Shown: positions 12,601-24,267 of the stretch, piece by piece
Numbering within the stretch: the first letter of the stretch is position 1
Layout of the letters: every line of letters starts with the position of its first letter
Assembly (NCBI RefSeq): GCF_963853765.1
Contig: NC_088856.1
Span: forward strand, 32,798,001 to 32,862,000
Reading direction: 5' to 3'
Source of the DNA: Magallana gigas
Lineage: Eukaryota
DNA length: 64,000 bases
Translations under genes and position numbers: made by a program
Notes under the pieces: model-generated
Told to the model about the DNA's origin: nothing
The model's database searches: none
The model's input: only the letters and a program-made list of their open reading frames with translations

Positions 12601-15600
12601 ACAAGAGAGATTGATATGGCCATCCTTACTGCATGTTAAGCCCTCTTAAGCTTCAGAAACCTGAGTCATTCTTAATTGTTATTCCATTTAATACCTTGTT
12701 CATTGAAAAGGAAACACTTCTAAGATATTAATGTTTTTGTACAAAAAATTCAAGATCTCAAAAAAACCAAAATGATTCAATCTTTTAAAGTACAAATATC
12801 CTACCAATCGACTGGATTGGCAGATACATGCAGATAGATAGATAGGTAATTAATCTTTGATGTATGTGTTTATCAATAAAACATGAACTCTTACAGAGGT
12901 CTGTGAGTTGGCTATACACAGATAAAATATATTGACTTGGGGGCTTGGGTCAATGACACTATGACAGTCTACCATCATATCCTTCTGAAATACATCAGTG
13001 CACTCTGTTTAATACTGTTCACCTGGCAAAAAACCTCACCTAAAGATAAAAAAGCCAAATGGCTTTTACAGTTACCTAAGTACCGGTACATGTACGAGGG
13101 TCAATAAAAAAATACGAAGACAATGTGGCTGTCTATCATATATTTTTCAGTAAAGTCATAACTAACAGATTATATTAATGCAACATATTTATTTTATTGA
13201 TATACGAAGTTTCATTCCATTTGATGAAAAGGTATTTTTGTTATCCAATTTTAAAATCAACATGTTTTGTCACTACGGCGCACAGTAACTTTGAAAACAT
13301 TGGTCAAGGTTAATAGAAATATCCAATCTCTATATCACCCTGAGTCTTTTGTGCTTTTCACTATACAATTTAAATTGAGAATATTTCACTTGACATCTAA
13401 TTTGTTCACATTTGTTCGAAAATCATGAGTTAGTTCCTTGAAGTTTTTTTTATTTTTTACCGCATGTCTTCTCATTTACAGTAAGGAAATCCCTGAAAGT
13501 CAGATGACATTTATTTTTCAACCACATATTTGCAGACATTCTACTCTCTTTCGTATTGTTTAATGTTCAAAATACATTTACCACAACCCCCACAAAATGT
13601 GTTAGACTACAACACAAATGTGCAAATAATTTTTGACTTATTTTTTTACCCCCATTGAACATTTTCGCAGTTTTTATTTTTTCATTGCGCCGTGACATCT
13701 GGCGACTTCAATGTTTTTAGTTAATTTTAAAGAGGACTGTATGTCTTTAGTTACTGATGTCTGTTCAACATATCTGTATATCTCGTCATTACTTGGTACA
13801 TAGTATATCATGACTATTTTTGATTTTAGCTTACAATATTAGTTGGATTTAAGCCTAATTTATGGAGATATTACTTTTAACATATGATTTATTGTTGACA
13901 CAACACAAAGCCTGACCGTGCACCGTGAACTCGTTATTGCAGGATTAGATTCTATATAATTCTTAGAAATAAAGGAATATATTCATTTTTTTTTTTATTT
14001 TAAATTGTTTGAAACAATTGCTAAATTATGTCTACTGAATTTAGTACATGTTATATAATATGACGTTAAAAACCATAGCTACGGCAAAAGTCTTCATATT
14101 TTTTGATTGACCCTCGTATATTGGGAGGGATCCACAGGTTGCTGTTTATTAATAAGTATTTAATAAATCCAAAATAAACTAACTTATGTTTGAAATTTGT
14201 CGCTCAAAATCAAATAGGGAAGGTTTTCAAATCATTGTATTCCATAAAATTAGGTCAAGATGTAAAATTAAAATTTGATCGATTAATTTTCATGCTACTT
14301 GCACTATTTATTGGGTAAGTTGGTGTAATTGTGACCATTAATTATACATAGCATTTCAAAACCTGATCATACAGCCAAATAGCTCTAGATTTTTCTCTGA
14401 AAATAAGCAGTTCACTATCACTTTGTTCTAATTTCAAATGAAAACCCAAGAAAACAACCAAATTGAAAGCATATGCAACATTGTGATGCAGATTAACTTT
14501 GACCATATCTGAGGCTTCTTTAACTATCACAAAATAATTTCTTCTTCTCATCAAATCGATCAATTTCTGACTCAATCCATTCTCTTTTTTAATTATTATT
14601 TCAACAGGAAATGCAAAGAGAAGAAACTGAACTAACTGCAGTAGTTGATTGCCTAAAATATGATGATATTTTATGATAAATGCATATTGGGAATACTAAA
14701 AATAATTATCAATATTTTTTAAACTAAAAAATTTGAAATAAATTAAAAAGTGATCGAAATTAAAATAGCATACATGTGAATTAAAGTTAGCATGCCATAT
14801 GAAGTTTCAACAGTAAACAAACTTCGCAGTTGATGCTGACTGAAGTTAAATTAGGTTAATTAAGTTACATTAAAATGAAATGAATTTATTTCTAGTAATA
14901 CACAATTTGAAAAAAGTAAAAAAAAAACAAAACAAAAACATTTATTTGATATGAGGTTAAATTTTTTTGAAAGGGATTATGTTGTCTATTTTGTTTCTGC
15001 TCTGCCAAAGTAATTGATGTCATAATTTTTTAAAACAGAAATCACTGTGTTTGAATTGTAAAATTAAATATATGCCTATTTCCTGATATACTTGTAATTA
15101 GCAATAAAAAGATTTCTAACACTAAAACCGAGTTAACAAAAAACAGGACTGACAGACTGACAGACGGGTTAAAAGACATTTTACCAGAATTCCTTCTGTG
15201 GGGTATACTGAAAACATTGCATGCCTTTTCAAGGATTGTAGTTAAGAGTCTTTCCACTCATTTGATCATCTGCTACTATTAACTCCACATGTACAAAGTT
15301 AACATATAAATCTCGATCTAATACCTTGGCAATTTCTGTGCTAGATACAGGCTTGGCTTTCTTGGACATATCAAGAGAGATAAATCCGTCCATGGATCCC
15401 CCTCGTGCTAATTTGGGAGTCACATCTTTTGGATTCTGTGGACTTTCTAGGGAAGCTAGGCCACTCTGCCTGGACTTCCTTCTCCTGACCATGTCCTGCT
15501 TGTGTTGTTTGAGTAATTCAGCAGGGGATATTGATTGTATTTCCACTTTTTTGTCACCTGAGCAGTCTGCAAAACCAAGTATTGTTCAAACAAAACAAAC

Positions 15601-18600
15601 CTTTAACAATGAAAGTGGCACAAACGTTTTGTAAAGAGAGTGTATCAATCAAGAACTAACCTGTTTCTTTGGGATTTTCTTTCTTTACTAGATGCTTCAC
15701 AAAATTCAGAGACCCAACAGTAGGAGTAGCTAAAAGATCCACACTGAAATTACATAGGCTTTAATTAAACACAGGCTAACACAAATAACCATCACTTAAA
15801 AAGCAATATTTGTTACACATACACAACTTATTTGCAGACCAATCTGACTGATTTTTCTTCACCAAACATATCAAAACAAGAGATGTTTGCAAAACACTTA
15901 TGCCCCCCTCCCATAGAAACATCTGCGAAGAAAATGAACGGAAACTACAAATAATTGAAATTTTCTGAGTAGAAGGCACATAACTCTGTCAAAATTGCTT
16001 GAATACACCCAAAATAAAACTTGACCTAGATATCATTATGATAAACCTGTATACCAAATTTCATTTCAATATGTGCATCCTATGCAAAGAAAATGAACGG
16101 AAACTGCAAATAATTGGAGTTATTATATGTCCAAAGGGCATAGCTCTGTCGAAAATTGCTCGATCGCACCCAAAATCAAACTTGACCCAGATATAACATG
16201 TATTATGATAAACCTGTATAGGGTGATTTAACCATGCATCGGACACATACCTTGGATCGGACAACTTTGTTTATAAATATACAAATAAATGTGCATGCGC
16301 TCATGTGTTGTTTCGTATATTCCTGAATTAGAACAAATGAACTTTATCATTATTAAGAATTTGACAGTCACATTGTCAAAGAAATAGCAATATAGACATC
16401 GTAAAATGACATCAAATACGCCATTATTGAAAATTTAGTTACGAAGATTTTACACTAAAGCATGATTTGAATGTTGTGCGTTTGATTGTAAATTAGTGAA
16501 AATGCACTCTCTTCGTAAAATAATTAGAAAGAAGTAAGTTTTGAAACAAAATTTGATTAAAATAAGTCCAAGAAATTTGAACAATTAATGTCAAGGCCAT
16601 TATTGCACCATATCTTCATTTCACCATGGATCGGACACAAATTAACCATGCATCGGACAGTTTTCACTGCATGATTTCTTCTAATAATATGGAGATTATG
16701 TGCCCATTCCTTCTGATATACTTTAAATGTGAAGTAAAATAAAAATTCAAAAAATAATTGATACAAACATTTTCCTCAAACCACTTAAAAATCGAGTTTT
16801 ACGGACACACCATTTTTAGTCCAAAGTTCCTGTAGGAGCTGGCACGATAAAGAACCCCTTATGATAAATATTCCTTTAAACAGAAGCACTAGTCTTAATT
16901 CCTATATGTATATTTGAGGATTTACATTAAAAGAAATATGAATAGCAATTGAATAAATTAATATTTCCGAACTTTTGTATTTTTGCATTAAAACCAGAAA
17001 ATGTTGTTATTTTTAATCTCTACTGCACTGCTATAGCTGTCCGATGCTTGGTAAATATTGTCCGATCCATGGTGAAATAGTTCAACACTTCATTAATTTG
17101 CTTTATTTTCTACATTTTTAACAATTTCACAATTTTTTCTCCAATAATTAAGCAAGGGGAAAACCTGTACCTTTTAAAACAAGTTTTATTTATATTTGGA
17201 CGATATTTAATGCGTGAACAAAGGGAAAAATCCAAAGGTGTCCGATGCATGGTGAAATCACCCTAGCAAATTTCATTTCAATATGAGCATCCTTTGCGAA
17301 GAAAGTGAACGGAAACTGTTGGTGGACCAACCGACCGACAGACATCAGCAAAGCAATATGCCCTCCCTTCTTCGAAAGGGGGCATAATAAATTTCTTTCA
17401 TACATTTTAAAATTATCATGTCCAATATAATTTATTGTCTAGAATGAATTGGTTTGGCTGATGGCTTTCAATTGATAAACAATTGCAAAAAAATTAAAAT
17501 AGTTCATTCAACTGAACCTGATATTTATCAAATTTAGTGATAATTACATCCATAATCCAAGTGAAATCTGTAGTTTTTGCACAATGTTAATTTAAAACAT
17601 TTTTCATATGTTAACTTTAACTTTTTATGATGGTGGGTCAATAAAGAAAAAATCAGAAGTTGGACAATCTATCTGTTTACTGCAGAGCTTACAGGTCATT
17701 TTTTTTCTGCTCCAGTTGTCTGAGTTTCTCCTTGTCTGCCGGGTCAAGGTCGTGGAGGGACATGGTGGTGAACTTTCCCTGACTCTGTAGCTGCTTGGCC
17801 TGGAGCTTACTGACCGTCACCTGGTCCTTCTGGGACGCCTTCCTCCTACACAAACACACAAACTCAAAGTTTATATTTGATCTTCAATGGGTATTTCCAA
17901 AATAAAATAAATTACTATAAATACATTTAAACGAATGCTTGATGATATACTTTGTATTGGTAAATGTTTCCCCTCCATAGAAGAAAAGAGAGTCTTTGTT
18001 GTTCCTGCGTCCAAACACATGATTCTTAGGGGTGACTGCGGAGCTAAAACAAAACCATGATAAGTCACCTCGTTACACTATTCACATTGGACCCTTGCAA
18101 ACTAAGTGTTTATATATGTGAGATTGCTACATAGGACTGGTAGACAGACACTGTAAACTAAGTGTTTATATATGTGACGATTGCTATATAGGGCTGGTTG
18201 ACAGACACTGTAAACTAAGTGTTTATATACGTGACGATTGCTATATAGGACTGGTAGACAGACACTGTAAACTAAGTGTTTATAAACGTGACGATTGGTA
18301 TATAGGACTGGTAGACAGACACTGTAAACTAAGTGTTTATATACGTGACGATTGCTATATAGGACTGGTAGACAGACACTGTAAACTAAGTGTTTATATA
18401 CGTGACGATTGCTACATAGGACTGGTAGACAGACACTGTAAACTAAGTGTTTATATATGTGACGATTGATATATAGGACTGGTAGACAGACACTGTAAAC
18501 TAAGTGTTTATATACATGACGATTGCTATATAGGACTGGTAGACAGACACTGTAAACTAAGTGTTTATATACGTGACGATTGCTATAAAGGGCTGGTAGA

Positions 18601-21600
18601 CAGACACTGTAAACTAAGTGTTTATATACGTGACGATTGATATATAGGGCTGGTTGACAGACACTGTAAACTAAGTGTTTATATACGTGATGATTGATAT
18701 ATAGGACTGGTAGACAGACACTGTAAACTAAGTGTTTAAATATGTGACGATTGTTATATAGGACTGTTTATATATGTGACGATTGCTATATAGGACTGGT
18801 AGACAGACACTGTAAACTAAGTGTTTATATACGTGACGATTGCTATATAGGACTGGTAGACAGACACTGTAAACTAAATGTTTATATACGTGACGATTGA
18901 TATATAGGACTGGTAGACAGACACTGTAAACTAAGTGTTTAAATATGTGACGATTGTTATATAGGACTGTTTATATATGTGACGATTGCTACATAGGACT
19001 GGTAGACAGACACTGTAAACTAAGTGTTTATATACGTGACGATTGCTATATAGGACTGGTAGACAGACACTGTAAACTAAATGTTTATATACGTGACGAT
19101 TGCTACATAGGACTGGTAGACAGACACTGTAAACTAAGTGTTTATATACGTGACGATTGCTATATAGGACTGGTAGACAGACACTGTAAACTAAATGTTT
19201 ATATACGTGACGATTGCTATCTAGGACTGGTAGACAGACACTGTAAACTAAGTGTTTATATATGTGACGATTGATATATAGGACTGGTAGACAGACACTG
19301 TAAACTAAGTGTTTATATACGTGACGATTGCTATATAGGACTGGTAGACAGACACTGTAAACTAAGTGTTTATATACGTGACGATTGCTATATAGGGCTG
19401 GTAGACAGACACTGTAAACTAAGTGTTTATATATGTGACGATTGCTATATAGGGCTGGTAGACAGACACTGTAAACTAAGTGTTTATATATGTGACGATT
19501 GCTATATAGGGCTGGTAGACAGACACTGACCTTCCCTGGAGCTCCGTCCGCTTGGCACATGTTTTCTTGTAGGCTGACTGTACATGGTACACACAGAACT
19601 GCCCTTGTTCTCTAAAACCAATGACAATACAGTTAAATCAGACCTCCCTATGATACTCAATGATACTGCTTCACACACACACACACACACCAAGCACTCA
19701 CTTGTTGATGAAGTTGGTACAAGCCTTGCCCGCCTTGCTGACCCCAGCACACTTGCCTAGATCCTGGGAGTAGCCCATCATCATTATCTGGTTAGGATGG
19801 TTCACTGTGAAAGCCATGTCCTGCTGACCCTGGAAAATAAAGCATTGCTACTTGTATTGATAGACTAGACAAGATTTAGAAAACTTGTTTATTCCTATAT
19901 AGACTGGGGTGTACAAATAGATCTAGATGTACCTCTATAGACTGGAGTGTACAGATGTGTTCCATACCTTGTCTGCTTTGTCCATCTTGTTCGGGTTTAG
20001 AATGCCCACCACAGATTTGACCTCATTCTTCCAGTGCTGTTTAAACACCTCCCCGAATAAGAAGAAGCTAATAGTCTGATCGCAGTCATCCAGGTCACTC
20101 AGGCGCCAGATACAAAAGGACTTCCCCTAGATATGAGGTAGAGGGATAACTGTAAAAGTGGTTATTTACACGTGTGGGAAATTTACACTAGTTATGCGTA
20201 AAGCTTAAAACCGTGTAAAATACCCCACGTGTATGGTAAATAATTTAACACTCCAGTGTGGTCAATAATGCATCCGCTTATTTAATACTTACGCATACTG
20301 TTTGACCATAAAAATCGCGTTCTTAACCACCAGCGTAAAACGCCACTTTTACAGTATACAAAATCAAGCACAACACCGTGTATCTACCCTTTCTGGATTT
20401 TGTTACATGCCTACACATATTTTAAAGCTACAAACTATATCCACTCTTGGTATATCCTATACAACCAAGAGAAACGTTTTACTCACCGAGGATGAAGTCC
20501 GAGGCTCAGATTTATGTACAATGACCCCTACTGTCACCCAGTCTCCTTGTAATTCAGCACTTTTTAACTTAAGATGAATCTTGGATAGCTTAATTAGTTT
20601 CCTGTCTGCCATCTTGTATTTCATTTCCATGCTAGATATCTTTGGATTGCTTAAAAAAAAAGTACTTTGTATACAGCTATATGTATATACATGTAACAAC
20701 AAGGTTTAAGATAAATAAAGGTTTTAGAATGACAAAATTAAAAATTAAGTATCAAAATTACATAAAAATAATTTTTTATCTGATTTTTTTTTTCATTATG
20801 TAAAAAAACAAGCTCTGTTGCTACTAGACTTGCATAATAACACCAAAACTTGTCAACAAGGATCACTGGACAAAAATGAAATGTCAAAGTATGGATCCAA
20901 TGTCAACTTGAATTTAATAAAAACTTTTAACTTTATTAAACACATGCATTCAATGGACAAGCTCCTCCATTACATAGGCTACCAGGACAATGAATTCCTA
21001 CAGCCTCCCTGTCACTACGTTAACTGCTGGACAAATGTACTCACATTATTCTGATCCCTGAGAAAGGGTCTGTGATACTCTGATAATTCTCACTGCCATT
21101 CTTATGGGGTGGATTTACCATCTCCTGGCCGGGGAAAGGGCCAGTCTTCCCTGAAACAATTAATATCAATCCTTCACTAGATCTGTTGGCTATCTTTTTT
21201 TGGAGAGAATCGAAAACTGTAACCAGTGTATTGTATGCATGCAAGTTATAACTGCAAGATTCCCGAGAAACCTCCTCTCATGGAAGAATGAAATAAAACA
21301 AGTACTTACTCCAAGAAATCACTTTTTCTGGTTTTGTTATCAATTAGCCATTTGCGAATAAAACTCAATGTGTTTCATACCTGGTTTACATAGTACAGGT
21401 AAAACACACAATGAGGTGTAGGTATACAGTAGAGCTTACATGACTTGGACTTGAGGGCCTTCTGTCGGAGTGCCTTCACATCCTCCAGGGACGCCGAGGA
21501 CACCCTCTGGGAATCAGCTGTCTTCATCAAGTCATGGATAACTTGGCCTGATTCACTCAATCCTGGCTTTACATCTAATAATTTAAACTGAGATAAGCTG

Positions 21601-23707
21601 ACTGTATCCTATATGAATACTAGCAATAATTTGTGTAGGCCGGTAGATACCAAACTCAGTATTAACAAAGTAAAAGTACAAATACAAACCCCCATCCAGT
21701 TCCTCCCAATCACTGTCACTGTCCCCAAATAGCCCACTTGTCCCCTTACCCTCAGCCCCTGGGTCTGAACTGGCAAAGAAAGGATTTTCGTCTGTGCTGT
21801 CAATTGTTAGTTCTGGAATAAGGATAAAATTTGTCAATAACTTCTCAAGGGTGAAACATAAATAACCTGACTCAGGTTTTTGCTTGAAAAGAACAGAACT
21901 AATACACTACCTCTCTTATTTGACACCACTGATTTTGAGTCACTATTTGGAGACACTGTTTTGGAGATACTCTTTTCCCTTTTCTGTTTCTCTTTATTAT
22001 TTGGAAGGTTGAAACCATTTTTCATTTTCTTTTCTCCATTTCCAACACAGGTATTGGATGGCAACAATTTGTTTATACGTTGATGGCCTGCGAAGTTCTC
22101 TGGGTCCTTCCCTGTTTGAGATACTTCAGGAGTTACAGTCTGTTTTCTTGTCTGTGGCTGAGACATTTCTGAAGCTGGTGTTTGTTCCTCTTTCACTTTG
22201 AATGAGAGCTGATCTTCAGAGGTTTCTCCACCACTTTTTTTAGAGTCTAAATCCTTAGCAACCTCAGACTTCCCAGATGATGATAATTTTGAAGCATTCT
22301 TACTTTTTTTTCTCTTCTTTAGTTGAGATTGAAGTTCCAACATCTTCTTTTGAATATTCAAGAGCTCAGCTGATTAACAAAACAATTAAATTCAAATTAT
22401 AGATAGTTAGGTTTGAAACAGATTTATTTATGATAGTAGATAAAAATAATAAAGAAATTCAGAATTGCTTAATGACAGTGTTTTTACAAAGTACGACACC
22501 AATATTAAATCAAAGTAACATTCAGAGAGTTAAGTGTGTGAATAGAGGCGAGTCAGTCCCACATAATGGACATCAAAATCTTGACTCTATCAGAAACATC
22601 AGTGTTATATGCAAGGTGATGAGCCACCTTCACTTTACCCTGTATATCTGTGTCATCATTCGTGTCATCATCCGTCTCATCATCCTCTTCCTCTTCTTGC
22701 TCACTCATCTCATCAAGGGCAGTCCGAGATAAAGATGGCTCACACGGCTCACTTATCACAGTACAGGCAGGCTTGGACTGTGACGGCCCACTCCTTCCTT
22801 CAGACGGGGAGATGTCCTTGTTCCTTGATAATTTATTCCCAGTATCTCTTTCCTCAAAATCACCATCCTCCTCCAGAAAGGCTGCTAGGCTGTCAATGTC
22901 ACAATCCTCATCTGCAAAAATAAATCAACTTTGAAAATTCTTTACCGGGTAATTGTATTTGTTTTTGCTATTTTGTACTGGTAGTCTTATGTAATTTTTA
23001 AGCACTACCGGTATTTTAGTTGGTGTACAATGCTTTAGTAAATTAGTAAATACATACCCTAATTTCTATTTTTAATAAACCAAGAGAGAAAAAAGCAAAA
23101 TTAATGTAACATAACTCATGAGTATGCTTTCCCTTATAATTACATCTGCATCTCTTACCAGTCCAGTAACTACTAAACAATTAGATCCAGAAACATTTAA
23201 CTTGTTCAGCACATAACAATTTTGTGAATTCTTTAATCAACAAGACCTTCATTGGCTGGCTGTGGACCCTTGGTGAGGGTTGAACTCTGTGGACTATTTC
23301 CGTTCCCTTTTCCCACTGACTTATTGTCAGGTGGATCCCGTTGTTTTACATCTCCTGAATTACTATCGTCATCCAAAAGTGAAACTAAGACATCCAAGTC
23401 ACATTCATCTTCTACAAAAGTTTAAACCAATTTAATTCAAAGTATTCCCACAATTAATTGATATGTACATATGAAGATAACTACTATTGGTAACTTGAAC
23501 GCATATTTACAGATAGAGCCTTATTGATTTTATATACAAGTATGTAGCTATATAAATGTTTGCTAGCTGAACTTCATAAGTTTATTGTTATACAATCATT
23601 CAAAAGATTTATGATCATCGACATGTTTCAAAAGCATGTGTGAGATATGTCATATTTTCATGTTTACATGCAAGCATATAAAATAATAAAGAATACAAAC
23701 CTGACAT
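6644..23707 (-). CDS. MCM10: MCM10 DNA replication factor, 21 coding exons, about 1013 aa
   Basis: Phase-consistent GT-AG exons: 23701-23707 (caaaATG), 23247-23411, 22639-22911, 21911-22369, 21690-21812, 21440-21574, 21045-21150, 20487-20649, 19968-20126, 19702-19829, 19531-19611, 17951-18043, 17693-17845, 15661-15743, 15325-15566, 10609-10735, 9974-10113, 9311-9424, 8437-8582, 6833-6875, 6644-6745 (3042 nt). Motifs: OB fold (DWVTVGVI; [12 protein letters not shown]; SFFLFGEV), CCCH finger (DLGKC..CTNFIN..FCVYHVQ) and C-terminal zinc domain (KKEKYEDKM; RFFKCKHCG; [10 protein letters not shown]). Confidence 0.95.
7080..7380 (+). mobile_element. Degenerate pearl/Helentron-like non-autonomous element
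   Basis: Satellite-like core (ggtaatatgcacat), GAC(G/A)-type microsatellite and a decayed 3' hairpin; same family as 51130-51610. Confidence 0.45.
9435..9927. repeat. Minisatellite of 16/18-bp units (ACAGACACACAG[A]ATAA), intronic in MCM10
   Basis: About 29 directly visible units. Source of the spurious C/V/L-rich ORFs. Confidence 0.95.
10335..10625. repeat. Degenerate tandem array (about 22 bp) built from the MCM10 exon end plus splice donor
   Basis: Core TA(C)CTATGTTGGAT is repeated. Donor-bearing copies at 10370 and 10412; true donor at 10607-08. Confidence 0.8.
11304..11825. mobile_element. Kolobok-like non-autonomous DNA transposon (522 bp)
   Basis: TTAA on both flanks (11300-03, 11826-29); 22-bp TIR AGGGACYTRGACACAATTTGAG; RR..YY termini; internal 19-bp tandem at 11676-11762. 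Confidence 0.8.
11835..12640 (-). pseudogene. Decayed coding-like relic, possibly a LINE ORF2 endonuclease-RT linker
   Basis: One minus frame has only about 5 stops in about 270 codons, and GC is higher than the flanks. Resemblance to LINE ORF2 is weak and recalled ([15 protein letters not shown]). Confidence 0.3.
13095..14116. mobile_element. Mariner-like MITE (1022 bp)
   Basis: TA on both flanks; 27-bp TIR CGAGGGTCAATMAAAAAATAYGAAGAC with 2 mismatches; no transposase ORF. Confidence 0.88.
15875..17388 (+). mobile_element. Pearl/Helentron-like element with 159-167 bp core repeats, interrupted by a MITE
   Basis: 5' AACAAGAG..TATGCCCC; core units starting GAAAATGAACGGAAACT at 15930, 16089 and 17301; ACCG/ACAG microsatellite; 3' hairpin TATGCCCTCCCTTCTTCGAAAGGGGGCATA at 17357-17386. 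Confidence 0.8.
16221..17263. mobile_element. Tc1/mariner-type MITE (1043 bp), nested insertion
   Basis: TA target duplication; 26-bp TIR GGGTGATTTMACCATGCATCGGACAC with 1 mismatch. Removing it restores the host unit (ctgtata-(g/c)caaatttcattt). Confidence 0.9.
18104..19528. repeat. 57-bp minisatellite, about 25 copies, filling an MCM10 intron
   Basis: Unit ACAGACACTGTAAACTAAGTGTTTATATACGTGACGATTGCTATATAGGACTGGTAG; period measured at 18364 and 18421. Confidence 0.97.
20149..20355. mobile_element. Short MITE (207 bp), TIR ACTGTAAAAGTGG
   Basis: 13-bp inverted termini. A related inverted copy sits at about 53401-53620. Confidence 0.7.
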
Positions 23708-24059
23708 TTTGACTTTTGAAAACAGCAATGGTCTGAAACAGATAATATAGGCCATTATTGCCATGGAAGCAAAAAAGATTTTTTTTCATATTATTTCAAA
23801 TGAAATGATAACAAAAAATGATCAGAAACATTGTAGCTTTTGTGCAGGATCTGGAGTAACAAACTTTCGAGCCTTCTGGTGTCACTAAACATTGGCTTAA
23901 TTAAGAGATGGACACTTTGTGATGAGTCCCTGTGTCAAGAGTATCAACACATGATCTAACGTAGGTCAGTTTATTCAAACAGACCAAACATATGACGGTA
24001 TATGAGGTTCAGAACATGATGAGATGATGCTAAACTGATACAGAAGGTGAGTGATTTAC

Positions 24060-24165
24060 CTTCAAAGCTTGTAAAACATCGGATTCTCTCTTGACTGCGT
24101 CCCTTTCTATATGCCTTTGGTTTATATCTGCCTACTTTCGCTTTTTGTTTCTTGGCGCCATAAAT
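24060..24165 (-). promoter_or_regulatory. Probable MCM10 non-coding first exon / proximal promoter with an E2F-like site
   Basis: Strong donor AAG|GTAAAT at 24059-58; second UTR acceptor at 23733-34; TTGGCGCC at 24152-24159; GGGCGTGG just upstream. The TSS cannot be determined from sequence. Confidence 0.45.
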
Positions 24166-24210
24166 GGGCGTGGTTAAAATATAAAGTTTCACTGAGGAAT
24201 AGCAATTTCC

Positions 24211-24215
<5 letters not shown>

Positions 24216-24264
<49 letters not shown>
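24216..24264. repeat. (GA)n microsatellite upstream of MCM10
   Basis: Directly visible. Confidence 0.98.

Positions 24265-24267
<3 letters not shown>

Noticed and set aside
18104-19528. CRISPR-like regular array and the repetitive ORFs 18931-19560 and 18954-19274
   Set aside because: Units are head-to-tail with no unique spacers, there are no cas genes, and the array is in a eukaryotic intron.
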